Origin: Chitinophagales bacterium | GTDB taxonomy: Bacteria > Bacteroidota > Bacteroidia > Chitinophagales > CAIOSU01 | Assembly: GCA_041748615.1 (NCBI GenBank) | Contig: JBGTCY010000259.1 | Location: forward strand, 1 to 50,507 | Length of the DNA: 50,507 bases | Direction of reading: 5' to 3' | In this document: in pieces, positions 29,801-38,352 of the stretch | Numbering within the stretch: position 1 is the stretch's first letter | Layout of the letters: every line of letters starts with the position of its first letter | Notes under the pieces: model-generated | Told to the model about the DNA's origin: nothing | What the model saw: the letters and a program-made list of their open reading frames with translations, nothing else | Database searches by the model: none | Program-made: the position numbers and the translations under genes

Positions 29801-30257
29801 ATCGCTGGCGGGGGTGGTGGTGAATAATGCGATTGTATTGATGGACTGTATTGACCTCATCCGGGCAAGGCGCAGGGCGGAACTCGGATTGGAAAATCAA
29901 AGGCTGCCCTATAACGAAATCGTTGCTTCGGTCATCAAAGGCGGACAGCTCAGGTTACGCCCTGTATTACTGACTGCCACTACAACCGTACTTGGTTTGA
30001 TTCCGCTAGCGATTGGTTTTAACATCAATTTCACTTCGCTGCTGCAATCCTGGAATCCTGAAATTTTTATCGGAGGCGATAACGTAGTGTTTTGGGGACC
30101 GCTTTCCTGGACGATTATTTTCGGTCTTACTTTCTCTACCTTTCTGACGCTGGTGATAGTGCCGGTCATGTACCTTCTGTTTGACGCGGTCATTTACTGG
30201 ACGACTAATAAGTTCAGTAAAACATCAAAGGAATTAATGGGTGAGAAGGTGATTTAA
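26811..30257 (+). CDS. RND efflux permease (AcrB/MdtC-like)
   Basis: PRENFPE, GMLVDNGIVVVEN, GVVVNNAIV, RLRPVLLT. Confidence 0.95.
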   Translation: MEGNETAGRAVIREFGLSSLAVNNRTVVFILMFMILLGGLSAYRMMPRENFPEVVIPTIYVGTTYAGNSPADIENLVTRPLEKEINTIKGIKKLNSTSIQDFSTIIVEFNIDVSVVKALRDVKDAVDRAKRELPADLDRDPNVFEMDFSQFPIMNINLYGDIHLDILKEYAEYLQDEIEKLSEISEVVIKGALDREVRIDVNVFKMNSVEVSFNDIENAIAAENVTISGGDLRTNDTRRNIRVIGEFKDVSEIGDIIVKHKDEDIVFLKDIADISFDYEDRKSFARAGDLPVVSLDVKKRGGENLVNAADKIKVIIDKAKEKKFPENLIISITNDQSKQTKVQVSNLENSIISGVLLVVLVLQLFMGLRNSMFVGIAIPLSMLMSIGLLNMFGVTLNMMVLFSLILALGMLVDNGIVVVENTYRLMQEGMSPLRAAKEGVGEVAMPVIISTLTTLAAFAPLLFWDDIMGEFMKFLPITLIISLSSSLFIALIINPVLASVFMKVQDERKKIRWRPLLITLAILVIIMTVGYVLKIWMLGNFFLWVIIITVVNVFILVPFSYWFRHNILVWIENLYMRTLKFAVSGYKPVFFLIGMVFLLVFSITFLFLRGPSVSFFPINEPLYVNIFIELPLGSDIEKTNEVTKKVQRRVNAALEGYEFLVDAIITNVGEGTTDPMEGPSIGVTPHKGKITVGFVDYELREGVNTQDVMERIRENVQVFPGVLITVDKNRNGPPVGKQISIEVSGEDYPELISLAEKIKTQIDNYNIPGVEELKLDLEKGKPELIVHVDRTASRRYGVSTGQVASTIRTALFGKEISKFKQGEDDYPIMLRFNEEDRHELSSILNQRITFRDQGSGKIVSIPISSLATIEYTSTYGSIKRRNMNRVITISSNVNEGYNANEINEKIKQVISGYEIPSGFIVKFTGEQQEQAKTQAFLTNAFIISIFLVFLIIVAQFNSLHSPIIIMSSVAFSTIGVFLGLAISKMDIVVLMTGIGIISLAGVVVNNAIVLMDCIDLIRARRRAELGLENQRLPYNEIVASVIKGGQLRLRPVLLTATTTVLGLIPLAIGFNINFTSLLQSWNPEIFIGGDNVVFWGPLSWTIIFGLTFSTFLTLVIVPVMYLLFDAVIYWTTNKFSKTSKELMGEKVI

Positions 30258-30281
30258 TTTGCCACTGCAAGTTTTTTAAAA

Positions 30282-31190
30282 TCAGTACCCCGGTTCTTTT
30301 GTCTTCTTTTTCTTTCCTGAAAAAGTGATGTTGCGATTGATATTAAAACCCAGTCTGATTTCTTTATCCCACCATTGTCCGGTGTTGTTTGAAAGGTAAA
30401 ACTGTTCAATCATTCCGGTAGAGTTGGAAAGTGTCACCTGGAAAACGTGACCACCCGTTTCAATGTCAATGCCGAAAGCAAGCGAGCCGGTGTAGAGTTC
30501 ACCGTCCTCCCGTTTGGTAGTAGGTTGGAAATATTCAAGATTCAGACTCACGCTGCGGGTGATGAGATACCGCGCTCCGAAACCAACGGCAAACACATCG
30601 TTTTTATCATTCGGTGTTGGAACAATGTTTTGATGAACGTATGTCGGCATCACCTGGAAAGAAAAATCACGGGTGAATTTTCGCGAAATCAATAATTGAT
30701 GCGCATAGCTCAGGCGATGTACTTTGTCTAATTCAGCAGACTGAGGCTTGGTGTTGAATCCCATGTTGGAATACCAGACCATCGTCACCGGAATGTTTTT
30801 AGCGCCCTTGCTTTGGCGGAGTATTTTCAGCCGGGTATATAAATCAATGGTGCCGCCCACGCTGCTTCTGCCAAACCCCGCGCTCCACCAGTCGAAAATT
30901 CCGTATTCAATCCCGATGCGCATATCGGCATTGTCAATGCCGAAAAAGTCGCGCCAGCCCTGGTCCAATCTGCCAAACCGATGGGAGATGATAAACTGCA
31001 TGTCGTTCTTTACAGGCATTTCGGTGGAGTGGCTGTTCACGATGCGAACCGCTTTGAAAGTATTCATCGTGTATTCGGTGACAGGCGCTTCTTTAGCTAA
31101 GGTTTCATCCAGCAAATCCAATAAATCTTCCTGGGCAAAAATTAAATTAGAAAGGCATAGCGCGGTGAGCGAGAGCAGGAGTTTTTTCAT
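30282..31190 (-). CDS. outer membrane beta-barrel (DUF5777-like)
   Basis: Signal peptide then QEDLLDLL; TFKAVRIVNSHS, ISHRFG, FFGID, DIETGGHVFQ..SN, LGFNI.R. Confidence 0.8.
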   Translation of the reverse strand: MKKLLLSLTALCLSNLIFAQEDLLDLLDETLAKEAPVTEYTMNTFKAVRIVNSHSTEMPVKNDMQFIISHRFGRLDQGWRDFFGIDNADMRIGIEYGIFDWWSAGFGRSSVGGTIDLYTRLKILRQSKGAKNIPVTMVWYSNMGFNTKPQSAELDKVHRLSYAHQLLISRKFTRDFSFQVMPTYVHQNIVPTPNDKNDVFAVGFGARYLITRSVSLNLEYFQPTTKREDGELYTGSLAFGIDIETGGHVFQVTLSNSTGMIEQFYLSNNTGQWWDKEIRLGFNINRNITFSGKKKKTKEPGY

Positions 31191-31207
31191 GACCAAAATT
31201 TTCAAGT

Positions 31208-31759
31208 TTATCTTGCCATTGGTTCGTAGGTGATGTCCACGTGAATGTCGAGGATTTTCGCGATGTTATCTTTTACGCCAGCTGGTATTTTTATTTTGTA
31301 ATCTTCCACCGCAACCTGAAAAGTGGATTTGGCAAGAATTTTACCCGATTTCACTTCAACTGTTCCCGCAGTTTTCACGGGTTGGGTAACGCCATGAATG
31401 GTTAACTGACCTTCCACCTGTGTTGCATATGTTCCGTTTTCGCTGAAATCAATATTTTCGAAATTGGTGATTTTTCCTTTGAAAGTAGATTCCGGAAACT
31501 TGTCGGATTCAACATATTTTTCATTAAAGTGCTGCTGCATCAGGGCTTTTTCAAACTGAAAGCCGGTCATCATCACTTTAAAAACCATCTCCCCGGTTTT
31601 TGAATCAAGAATGCCGGTGGATTGGTAGTTATGTGCTTCAATGGTTTCAAGGGGCGCTTCGGAATGAAACCAGATGTGACCGGTTTTAGTGAAATATTTC
31701 TGGGCTTGAACAGTGAACAAACCTGTCAGGAAGATGGAGAAGAGAAGGATTTTTTTCAT
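31208..31759 (-). CDS. YceI-family protein
   Basis: Signal peptide; FHSEAPLETIEA, FEKALMQQHFNEKYVESDKFP, GQLTIHGVT, DYKIKIP. Confidence 0.9.
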   Translation of the reverse strand: MKKILLFSIFLTGLFTVQAQKYFTKTGHIWFHSEAPLETIEAHNYQSTGILDSKTGEMVFKVMMTGFQFEKALMQQHFNEKYVESDKFPESTFKGKITNFENIDFSENGTYATQVEGQLTIHGVTQPVKTAGTVEVKSGKILAKSTFQVAVEDYKIKIPAGVKDNIAKILDIHVDITYEPMAR

Positions 31760-31807
31760 GTTAAATTTATTTTTGGCAAAATTGACAAATACCATGCCCG
31801 CCAGGAT

Positions 31808-32200
31808 TTAGTCTTCCAACGCCCCGTTGCAAATCCAGATTTGAATTTTTTCAATATCGCTTTGAGCCAACTTTCCGCCACCCTGGGGCATAGGCAAGCA
31901 ACCGTTTCCATGCTGGATTGAGCAAAGTAATTTGCCATTCTCCACATAAGTTTTCAAAGCGTTATATTCATCTAACCGGATTCCTCCGCCCACAATTTGA
32001 TGAGAATTCAGGTTATGGCAGGCGTAACAATTAAACGCTAAAACCGGAACAACTTCATTGCTGTAACTGACAGCCAAAACCGTATCACAGGGATTCGGGT
32101 TAATGTTTAACAAATCCTGAAAATTGTCGCTTCTGCACGAATTCAGCATCAGTAAAAAAAGTAGGGCAGAAATGAAAGCAGTGACAACCTTTATTTTCAT
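31808..32200 (-). CDS. monoheme cytochrome c lipoprotein
   Basis: Lipobox LNSC; CYACH heme motif, GGIRLD, distal MP, I..WI..GA ending. Confidence 0.78.
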   Translation of the reverse strand: MKIKVVTAFISALLFLLMLNSCRSDNFQDLLNINPNPCDTVLAVSYSNEVVPVLAFNCYACHNLNSHQIVGGGIRLDEYNALKTYVENGKLLCSIQHGNGCLPMPQGGGKLAQSDIEKIQIWICNGALED

Positions 32201-32245
32201 GTTTAATAACTTATGGGTATATTCGGTCGCAAAAATATCATTATA

Positions 32246-32767
32246 ATGAAGACAATTCCAAAATGGCTAACAGTTTTAGTGGTAATTAGTTTTATCGCCT
32301 TGCTGGGCGGGGGTCTGATGTTTTATTCTGTCACACAAAAACCCAACAGTCCTTTCACACAAAAAGTCATTCGTCCCATCGTAGGTTTCGTTTCAGGATT
32401 CACGAAACATCAGGAGGTTGAAAATTCAAAGCCGGCTTTTGAAATGACAGCCGATGAGTTGCAGGCGGCTTATTTGAACAATCGTGAAAATGCCATGAAG
32501 TCGTATGACGGTAAAGTGTTGCAGGTGAGCGGAAAGATTTCCAATATCGCCAGTCCTACCGATACCAACATCGTGATTCTGCTGACGATTGAGAACGACC
32601 CGCTTAGCAACATCAGTTGCCAGATGGACCCCGCTTACAATGAGCGGCTGAAGCAGATTGCTCCCGGGGAAACCATCACCATGAAAGGTATTTGTAACGG
32701 CTTCAAAGAAGACGACCTGTTGGGCAGTCTCGATGTTTTATTGAACCGATGCGTGGTTGTTCAATAA
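32246..32767 (+). CDS. membrane-anchored OB-fold protein (tRNA_anti-like)
   Basis: N-terminal TM; TADEL..AY..N...A...YDGKVLQVSG, ISCQM, GETITMKGICNG, LNRCVV. Confidence 0.75.
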   Translation: MKTIPKWLTVLVVISFIALLGGGLMFYSVTQKPNSPFTQKVIRPIVGFVSGFTKHQEVENSKPAFEMTADELQAAYLNNRENAMKSYDGKVLQVSGKISNIASPTDTNIVILLTIENDPLSNISCQMDPAYNERLKQIAPGETITMKGICNGFKEDDLLGSLDVLLNRCVVVQ

Positions 32768-32774
32768 AAACAAA

Positions 32775-35240
32775 TTACCGGCTGATTACAAATCGTTGCT
32801 GATGCAACTGCATTCCATCATTGATTTGCAGGAAATAAAGTCCCGGTGAAAGTTTAGAAGTTGAAAGCTTCAGTAAATTATTTCCCTCCTGCACAGCATT
32901 GTATTCAAGCGAAAGTTGCCGCCCGGTGATGTCTGTCATCATGATTGATACATCCGTGTTCATGATGCTTTCAAATTCAACCATGATGAAGTCGGAAGCT
33001 GGGTTAGGATAAAGCTGACTGATTAAATTCTCTTCAGCATGATAGGTGAAAATTTCACTTCCAAATCCTCTGAAAGCGTTTCCGCTCAACTCAAGGAATA
33101 AATTATAACAATGGGTATTGCTGAAAGCGCCTTGATAACCGAATACTTTAATAAAAAATGAACCAAGTGAATTTTGATTCAAAACTATGGATTCGTTTGC
33201 CGTTCCGCGATTGTAAGAGTGGGCAACTAATTGTCCTTTTGAATTGTACAATTCGATGTCATAGTCAGCGGGTAAATCTTCCAATGTAATCCGGATATTT
33301 CTTCTGGATGACTGTGTTCCGAAGCGGTAAAAATCAACATCTGTGACGGTTGCAATTTGCGCCTGAATATTGGTGTTTGAACCGATGGATTTACTGCTGC
33401 CTGAAGTTTCATTCGGTTCATGGATGTCGTCACAAGTAGGTTCAGTATGCAGTGGATTGGAGAGCGTGGTGAAATAGGAAGAGCCGGAAAAATTGCTCAT
33501 TTCAAATCCGCAATCCGACTGAACCTGAAACTCATAATTTGTTGATTCCAGTAATCCGGTGACGTTGATGGATGAGGAAGCTGAGTTTAATGTCAGCCAA
33601 TTGACGGTTCCGTTTCTCCTGACTCTCAGATTGTAATTGACTGCTCCATTCACATCGCTCCAAGTGAGTAAAGCGGATGAAGAAGTAATCGTTGAAGCGC
33701 TGAGTGAGGTAGGTAGGTTGCATACCGCTCCGGTAGAGAAGTAAAATGAAACTGAGTAACTGCTTTTCACTGCTCCGCAATTGGAGCGTACCTGAAATTC
33801 ATATTGTGTGCCATTCTGCAAACTGTTGAGCGTATAAACAGTATTGGTTGTGCTGTAATATGACCATGAATTTGTGGCAACACGTCTGATTCGCATCAGG
33901 TATGAACTTGCTCCCGAAACAGTATTCCAGGATAAAGTTGCGGAAGGGCTGACAATATTTGAAGCGCTTAGTACGGTTGGCGGGGAGCAGGCAGAACCGG
34001 TTGTGAAATTAAATGAAGTTGAATAATTGCTGCTAGAGGAGACGCAAACCGTTCTTACCTGAAACTCATATTGGGTGGAAGCGGTAAATACGCTCAAACT
34101 AAGCGAAGTTGAAGTGGTATTGTAAGTTGTCCAGCTTGAAGAAGCAACGGATTTTATTCTCGCTTGATAACTGCTTGCCCCATTCACAGCGTTCCATGAA
34201 AGATTGGCGGAAGAAGTAGTGATGTTGGAAACATTGAGCGATCCGGGTGTCGAACAAGTAGGAGGCGCGGGCGCGTTGCAACCATTGGAGGAGAGCAGAC
34301 TGTGCCTGAATCCGCCAGGAGCAAGTTGTGCGCGCATTCTCGATTTTTGTCCAAGCGTGAAAACATTCATGCAGGCATCATTGGTGTAGTCCATATAATT
34401 CTGCACCATGTCCAATGAGTTGCAGGAAACCCGTGAAAGCGGGCAACCGTAATTGGCGGCTGTTGCTGGCGGTGTGTCCGCCACGCCATCATCATAACTG
34501 CAATTTCCATCACCCCAGATATGTCTAAGATTGAGCCAGTGACCGACTTCATGGGTGGCGGTTCTGCCAAGATGAAATGGTGAACTGGCAGTACCGATGG
34601 TGCCGAATGCCATGAAATTTACCACTACGCCATCCGTTGCGGCATTCCCACCGGGAAACTGCGCGTACCCTAATAAATTACTCAGATTGCAAACCCAGAT
34701 ATTCAGATAACTTTCACGATGCCATGCGTCCTTGCCTCCCTGTGAAGTGTATTTTACCTTATTGTCATAAGAGAATGAAGTTAGATTAGTGTAAGTGCGG
34801 GTGATGCCATTGGTGGAATTTCCGTCAGGGTCAACGCTTGCAAGGCAAAAATTGATTTCACTGTCCGCTGCTATGCTTTGAAATTGTGAAAGCGTGTTGG
34901 ATGCATCGGTATTCAGCCGCCTGAAATCCCGGTTCAGCACCTCAAGTTGAGATTGGATTTGCGCATCGGAAATATTTTGTGCGCTGGTATTATAAAGTAC
35001 ATGCACCACCACGGGGATTGTGTAAACGGTTCTTGATCCGGTTTCATCGGGATGGTTGGTTATCCATTGTTGTGTAAATAATTCAATGGATTCCATGTTG
35101 ATGGTAAGTTGCGGGTCTTGTTGTTCCTGTAAATGCAGGTGGTCCATTGTTGAACAACTTCTGTGATGTTGCGCCTGTGAAGAATAGGTCAGGAACATAA
35201 TAACCGACCAACAAAGTGAAAGAATTACAAGTTTTCTCAT
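32775..35240 (-). CDS. M43 (ulilysin/pappalysin-like) zinc metalloprotease with 3 FN3 repeats, PPC-like domain and T9SS type A CTD
   Basis: RSC Cys-switch-like segment, IPVVVHV, HEVGHWLNLRH, NYMDY Met-turn, three FN3 units, DIHEPNE, LYPNPA..LSPGLYF. Confidence 0.92.
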   Translation of the reverse strand: MRKLVILSLCWSVIMFLTYSSQAQHHRSCSTMDHLHLQEQQDPQLTINMESIELFTQQWITNHPDETGSRTVYTIPVVVHVLYNTSAQNISDAQIQSQLEVLNRDFRRLNTDASNTLSQFQSIAADSEINFCLASVDPDGNSTNGITRTYTNLTSFSYDNKVKYTSQGGKDAWHRESYLNIWVCNLSNLLGYAQFPGGNAATDGVVVNFMAFGTIGTASSPFHLGRTATHEVGHWLNLRHIWGDGNCSYDDGVADTPPATAANYGCPLSRVSCNSLDMVQNYMDYTNDACMNVFTLGQKSRMRAQLAPGGFRHSLLSSNGCNAPAPPTCSTPGSLNVSNITTSSANLSWNAVNGASSYQARIKSVASSSWTTYNTTSTSLSLSVFTASTQYEFQVRTVCVSSSSNYSTSFNFTTGSACSPPTVLSASNIVSPSATLSWNTVSGASSYLMRIRRVATNSWSYYSTTNTVYTLNSLQNGTQYEFQVRSNCGAVKSSYSVSFYFSTGAVCNLPTSLSASTITSSSALLTWSDVNGAVNYNLRVRRNGTVNWLTLNSASSSINVTGLLESTNYEFQVQSDCGFEMSNFSGSSYFTTLSNPLHTEPTCDDIHEPNETSGSSKSIGSNTNIQAQIATVTDVDFYRFGTQSSRRNIRITLEDLPADYDIELYNSKGQLVAHSYNRGTANESIVLNQNSLGSFFIKVFGYQGAFSNTHCYNLFLELSGNAFRGFGSEIFTYHAEENLISQLYPNPASDFIMVEFESIMNTDVSIMMTDITGRQLSLEYNAVQEGNNLLKLSTSKLSPGLYFLQINDGMQLHQQRFVISR

Positions 35241-35436
35241 TGTTTAAATAATTTATATTAATAATAATATAAGCCTGAAATGCTTGTCAGATATGGGAGT
35301 TTCCGGATATGCAGGTCGGAAATGCAGAACAGGCGCGGAAAACGAGCGGGAAGCTAAAACTTTAGCAGAGCGGATTGACGAAATTTATGGCAGAAATTTT
35401 CTTTTGTGGAAAAGTATTCTCCTTTTACAGGTTAGC

Positions 35437-36618
35437 CTACAACACTATACACATCAAGCCTTTCAGATAGGCGGCTTCTGGAAAGCTCAATAATACGGGA
35501 TGGTCGGGGGATTGGGTAAGATATTGCGCCATTAACGCTTCCCTGCCCGCATCTATTGCGGCATCAGCGATTATTTTTTGAAATAAAGCTGCATCCAGCA
35601 ATCCGGAACAGGAAAACGAAAAGAGCAGTCCACCGGGTTTGATGATTTTCATCGCCAGCAGGTTGATGTCTTTATAGCCGCGCGCGCCTTTGTCAAGGTT
35701 TCTTGCCGAGTCAATAAACTTGGGCGGGTCAAGAATCACGCAATCAAATGAGGCTCCCTTGTCGCGAAACTGGCGCAACTGAAGAAAAACATCCCCTGTT
35801 ATGTTTTCAAACAGGGAGTTTTCAAATTCATTTATTTTCAAATTTTTTTCAGCCAATTGTAAGACATCCTCAGAAGAATCAATATTTGTAACATGCGATG
35901 CGCCTCCCTTTAGCGCTGCAACAGAAAATCCGCCCGTGTAAGAAAAGCAATTCAAAACAGTTGCACCACGAACATGTTGTGAAAGCAGGGCGCGGTTGTC
36001 ACATTGGTCAAGGTAAAAACCGGTTTTGTGTCCGTTTCTGATGTCCACAAAAAATCGGGAGCCGTTTTCTTCAATTTCAATAAATTCAGGAGGTTCCTCT
36101 CCGGCAACGAGCCCTGTTTTTAGTGGCAGTCCTTCTTTTTCGCGCACCGCGCTGTCCGACCTTTCATAAATACCTTTGCAGCGGGTGATTACTGAAATCG
36201 CTGAAATAATTTCTTTGCGCCATCTTTCCGCACCGGTGGAAAGAAACTGAACAACTACAAAATCGCCATACCGGTCAGCAATCAAGCCGGGCAACCCGTC
36301 AGACTCGCCATAGACTAAGCGTTGCGCGCTGTTTTTTGAAAAATATTTTTCCCGCCAGGCAATGGCAGCGGTAATTTTCTGATGAAAAAAATCTTTGCCA
36401 ACAGATTCGTTTTTATCAAACGTCCAGACGCGCGCCCTGATTTGAGATTTAGGCGAATAGGCGGCTTGTGCAATCCATTTTCCGCTGGCTGAAACCACCT
36501 CTACCGTATCACCGGCATTCGGGGTGCCCTGTACTTTGTCCACCGCTCCGGAAAAAATCCAGGGATGTTTTCTAAGTAAAGCGGTTTCGCGATGGGGGAG
36601 GAGAGTGAGTGTGGACAT
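35437..36618 (-). CDS. rlmI: 23S rRNA m5C1962 methyltransferase
   Basis: HPWIFSGAV, ESDGLPGLIADRY, GHKTGFYLDQ, LNCFSYTGGF, ILDPPKF, FSCSG, PDHP. Confidence 0.93.
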   Translation of the reverse strand: MSTLTLLPHRETALLRKHPWIFSGAVDKVQGTPNAGDTVEVVSASGKWIAQAAYSPKSQIRARVWTFDKNESVGKDFFHQKITAAIAWREKYFSKNSAQRLVYGESDGLPGLIADRYGDFVVVQFLSTGAERWRKEIISAISVITRCKGIYERSDSAVREKEGLPLKTGLVAGEEPPEFIEIEENGSRFFVDIRNGHKTGFYLDQCDNRALLSQHVRGATVLNCFSYTGGFSVAALKGGASHVTNIDSSEDVLQLAEKNLKINEFENSLFENITGDVFLQLRQFRDKGASFDCVILDPPKFIDSARNLDKGARGYKDINLLAMKIIKPGGLLFSFSCSGLLDAALFQKIIADAAIDAGREALMAQYLTQSPDHPVLLSFPEAAYLKGLMCIVL

Positions 36619-36722
36619 GCGCTAAAGATACCACGAACCATTCAACCGGATGGTTTATCCTGCCAAAGAAAAAACTTGAAATAGATTTTATAAATCCAAA
36701 AACTAATTGTAGTTTTTTGTTC

Positions 36723-37370
36723 ATGGATAACTTTTTTGTCTCACCGGAATCCTAATCCTACGGACTGACAATTTTTTTGTCCATTGTCTTTTTTCAGATT
36801 GCGTACATCTTTTTGCAATGGCGCTATATTCGCAGGCGCGAGTATCTCTATTACATCGCGTATATGATTTCCATCGTTCTCTATGCTTTGGCGGAGTTTG
36901 AAGGTGTTTTACCCTTCAAACTTTTTACCCGGTTTTACCCTGACTTTTATTATCACGCAAGACATGCCTTGCCTTTAGTTTGTATTCTGCTTTATTATCG
37001 CTTTGCCCGGACGTTTCTCAATCTGCCCGACAACAGACCAAAATTGAATGTCTGGGTGAAACGATTGGAATATTTCATCCTGTTTTATGCAATCCTTTCG
37101 CCAGTGCTGATTTTAAGGGGCATGAGCATCCAAATGGAGGAATATATTTTCATCGGGGTTGCAATCATCATGGCGGTTAGTACAATCATCTTTATCATTT
37201 CTTTTCTTTCAGTCAGTGTTCCTCTCACGCGTTTTGCTATGCTTGGCGTGGGGTTTCTTTTAATAGGTTCTGTGATTTCAATGATATTGCTGTTATTGAT
37301 GGACAGAGGTTCAACTTTTTCATTTGACCCTTATTTTTCATTATTTGCAATATTCATAAACAGAATTTAA
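36723..37370 (+). pseudogene. 7TM-DISM-type membrane sensor domain, interrupted (TAA at 36753) and lacking a cytoplasmic output domain
   Basis: ATG 36723 is in frame with ORF 36777-37370; multiple TM segments with EYLYYIAY and YYRFARTFL patterns; ends abruptly. Confidence 0.6.
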
Positions 37371-37574
37371 ATCTGTACCTTTGATTTAACCGATTACAAG
37401 TAAATAACAAAATATATTTAGGGCAGATTTGAAATAGTCTTTTACTCTTCTATTTTAGAGAAGGAAGGTATGATGCAATCAAAAGATTGAATTTTTTGGA
37501 CTATCCTTCAAATATTCTTTTCACTTTGAAATATTTATTTTAAAACAATCTGTCAAGCATTCAACCAACCGCTT

Positions 37575-38147
37575 ATGACTCTTGAATACTTTAATTCCAT
37601 CAAACATCAAATTTTGCCTTTCATCCAATCGCGGAATGAACCTGAGTGGGGGACGAATCAAAAGAAAATACAGATTGACAGCGAGAAGCGCCCGGTGTAT
37701 GCGCCTTTGCCGGGTGATTTGATTTGTTTGTTCGGAGTGAAAATAAAAAACATCATCCGGGTAATCATGAAACATCAGTTGCCGAAAGGTGTGACACCGC
37801 GACAGATTGATAAACTCGCTAAAAAAAATCTCACCAAAATCCTGCAAGATAAAATCACGGTCGAAAAGGAACCGTGGGGCGCTCTACGGCTTACAACAGG
37901 CGATGCATATGAATCAGCAACTTGTATGCTGGGTTGGGTTTGGGAATACCTGATGGAGACATTGGGCGATGAAATTATTTTCGCCATCCCCGCATCCGAT
38001 GTGATTTTATTTTTGCCTGCCGGAAACAAAACGGGATTGATTCAACTTGAAAAAAAGGTGAAAGCCATTCACAAAAAATCAAACCAGAAACTTTCCAAAA
38101 AAATATTTAAGTATGATGGGTGGAATAGTGAAGTTGTGAAAGAGTGA
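37575..38147 (+). CDS. hypothetical protein, DUF1444/YtpQ-like
   Basis: A..NL, GDAYESA, IIFAIPASDVI, LSKKIFKY patterns. Confidence 0.55.
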   Translation: MTLEYFNSIKHQILPFIQSRNEPEWGTNQKKIQIDSEKRPVYAPLPGDLICLFGVKIKNIIRVIMKHQLPKGVTPRQIDKLAKKNLTKILQDKITVEKEPWGALRLTTGDAYESATCMLGWVWEYLMETLGDEIIFAIPASDVILFLPAGNKTGLIQLEKKVKAIHKKSNQKLSKKIFKYDGWNSEVVKE

Positions 38148-38217
38148 TGGGCTGATTATCATATGTGATGATTTGATGATGTGGTGATTAGCGGATGTGA
38201 CGATTCGATGAAGGGTG
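38146..38217. repeat. degenerate octamer tandem array
   Basis: GATGGGCT GATTATCA TATGTGAT GATTTGAT GATGTGGT GATTAGCG GATGTGAC GATTCGAT GAAGGGTG. Confidence 0.75.
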
Positions 38218-38301
38218 AATTTTGGAATGAAGCAAACAAGCGTAAAGATTCTTATTGAGAATTTACTCTGCAAGCCTCATTAAAATTTTCTATTTTGACA
38301 A

Positions 38302-38334
38302 AAAAAAAGCACGGCTGATTACCGTGCTTTTTTT
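38302..38334. terminator. bidirectional intrinsic terminator
   Basis: A-tract-GCACGG-CTGATTA-CCGTGC-T-tract between convergent genes. Confidence 0.88.
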
Positions 38335-38352
38335 AAACTTTAAAGAAAAAGT

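Noticed and set aside
35300-35390. GAGCGG/CGGA direct repeats upstream of the M43 protease as regulator sites
   Set aside because: Too short and irregularly spaced to support by eye
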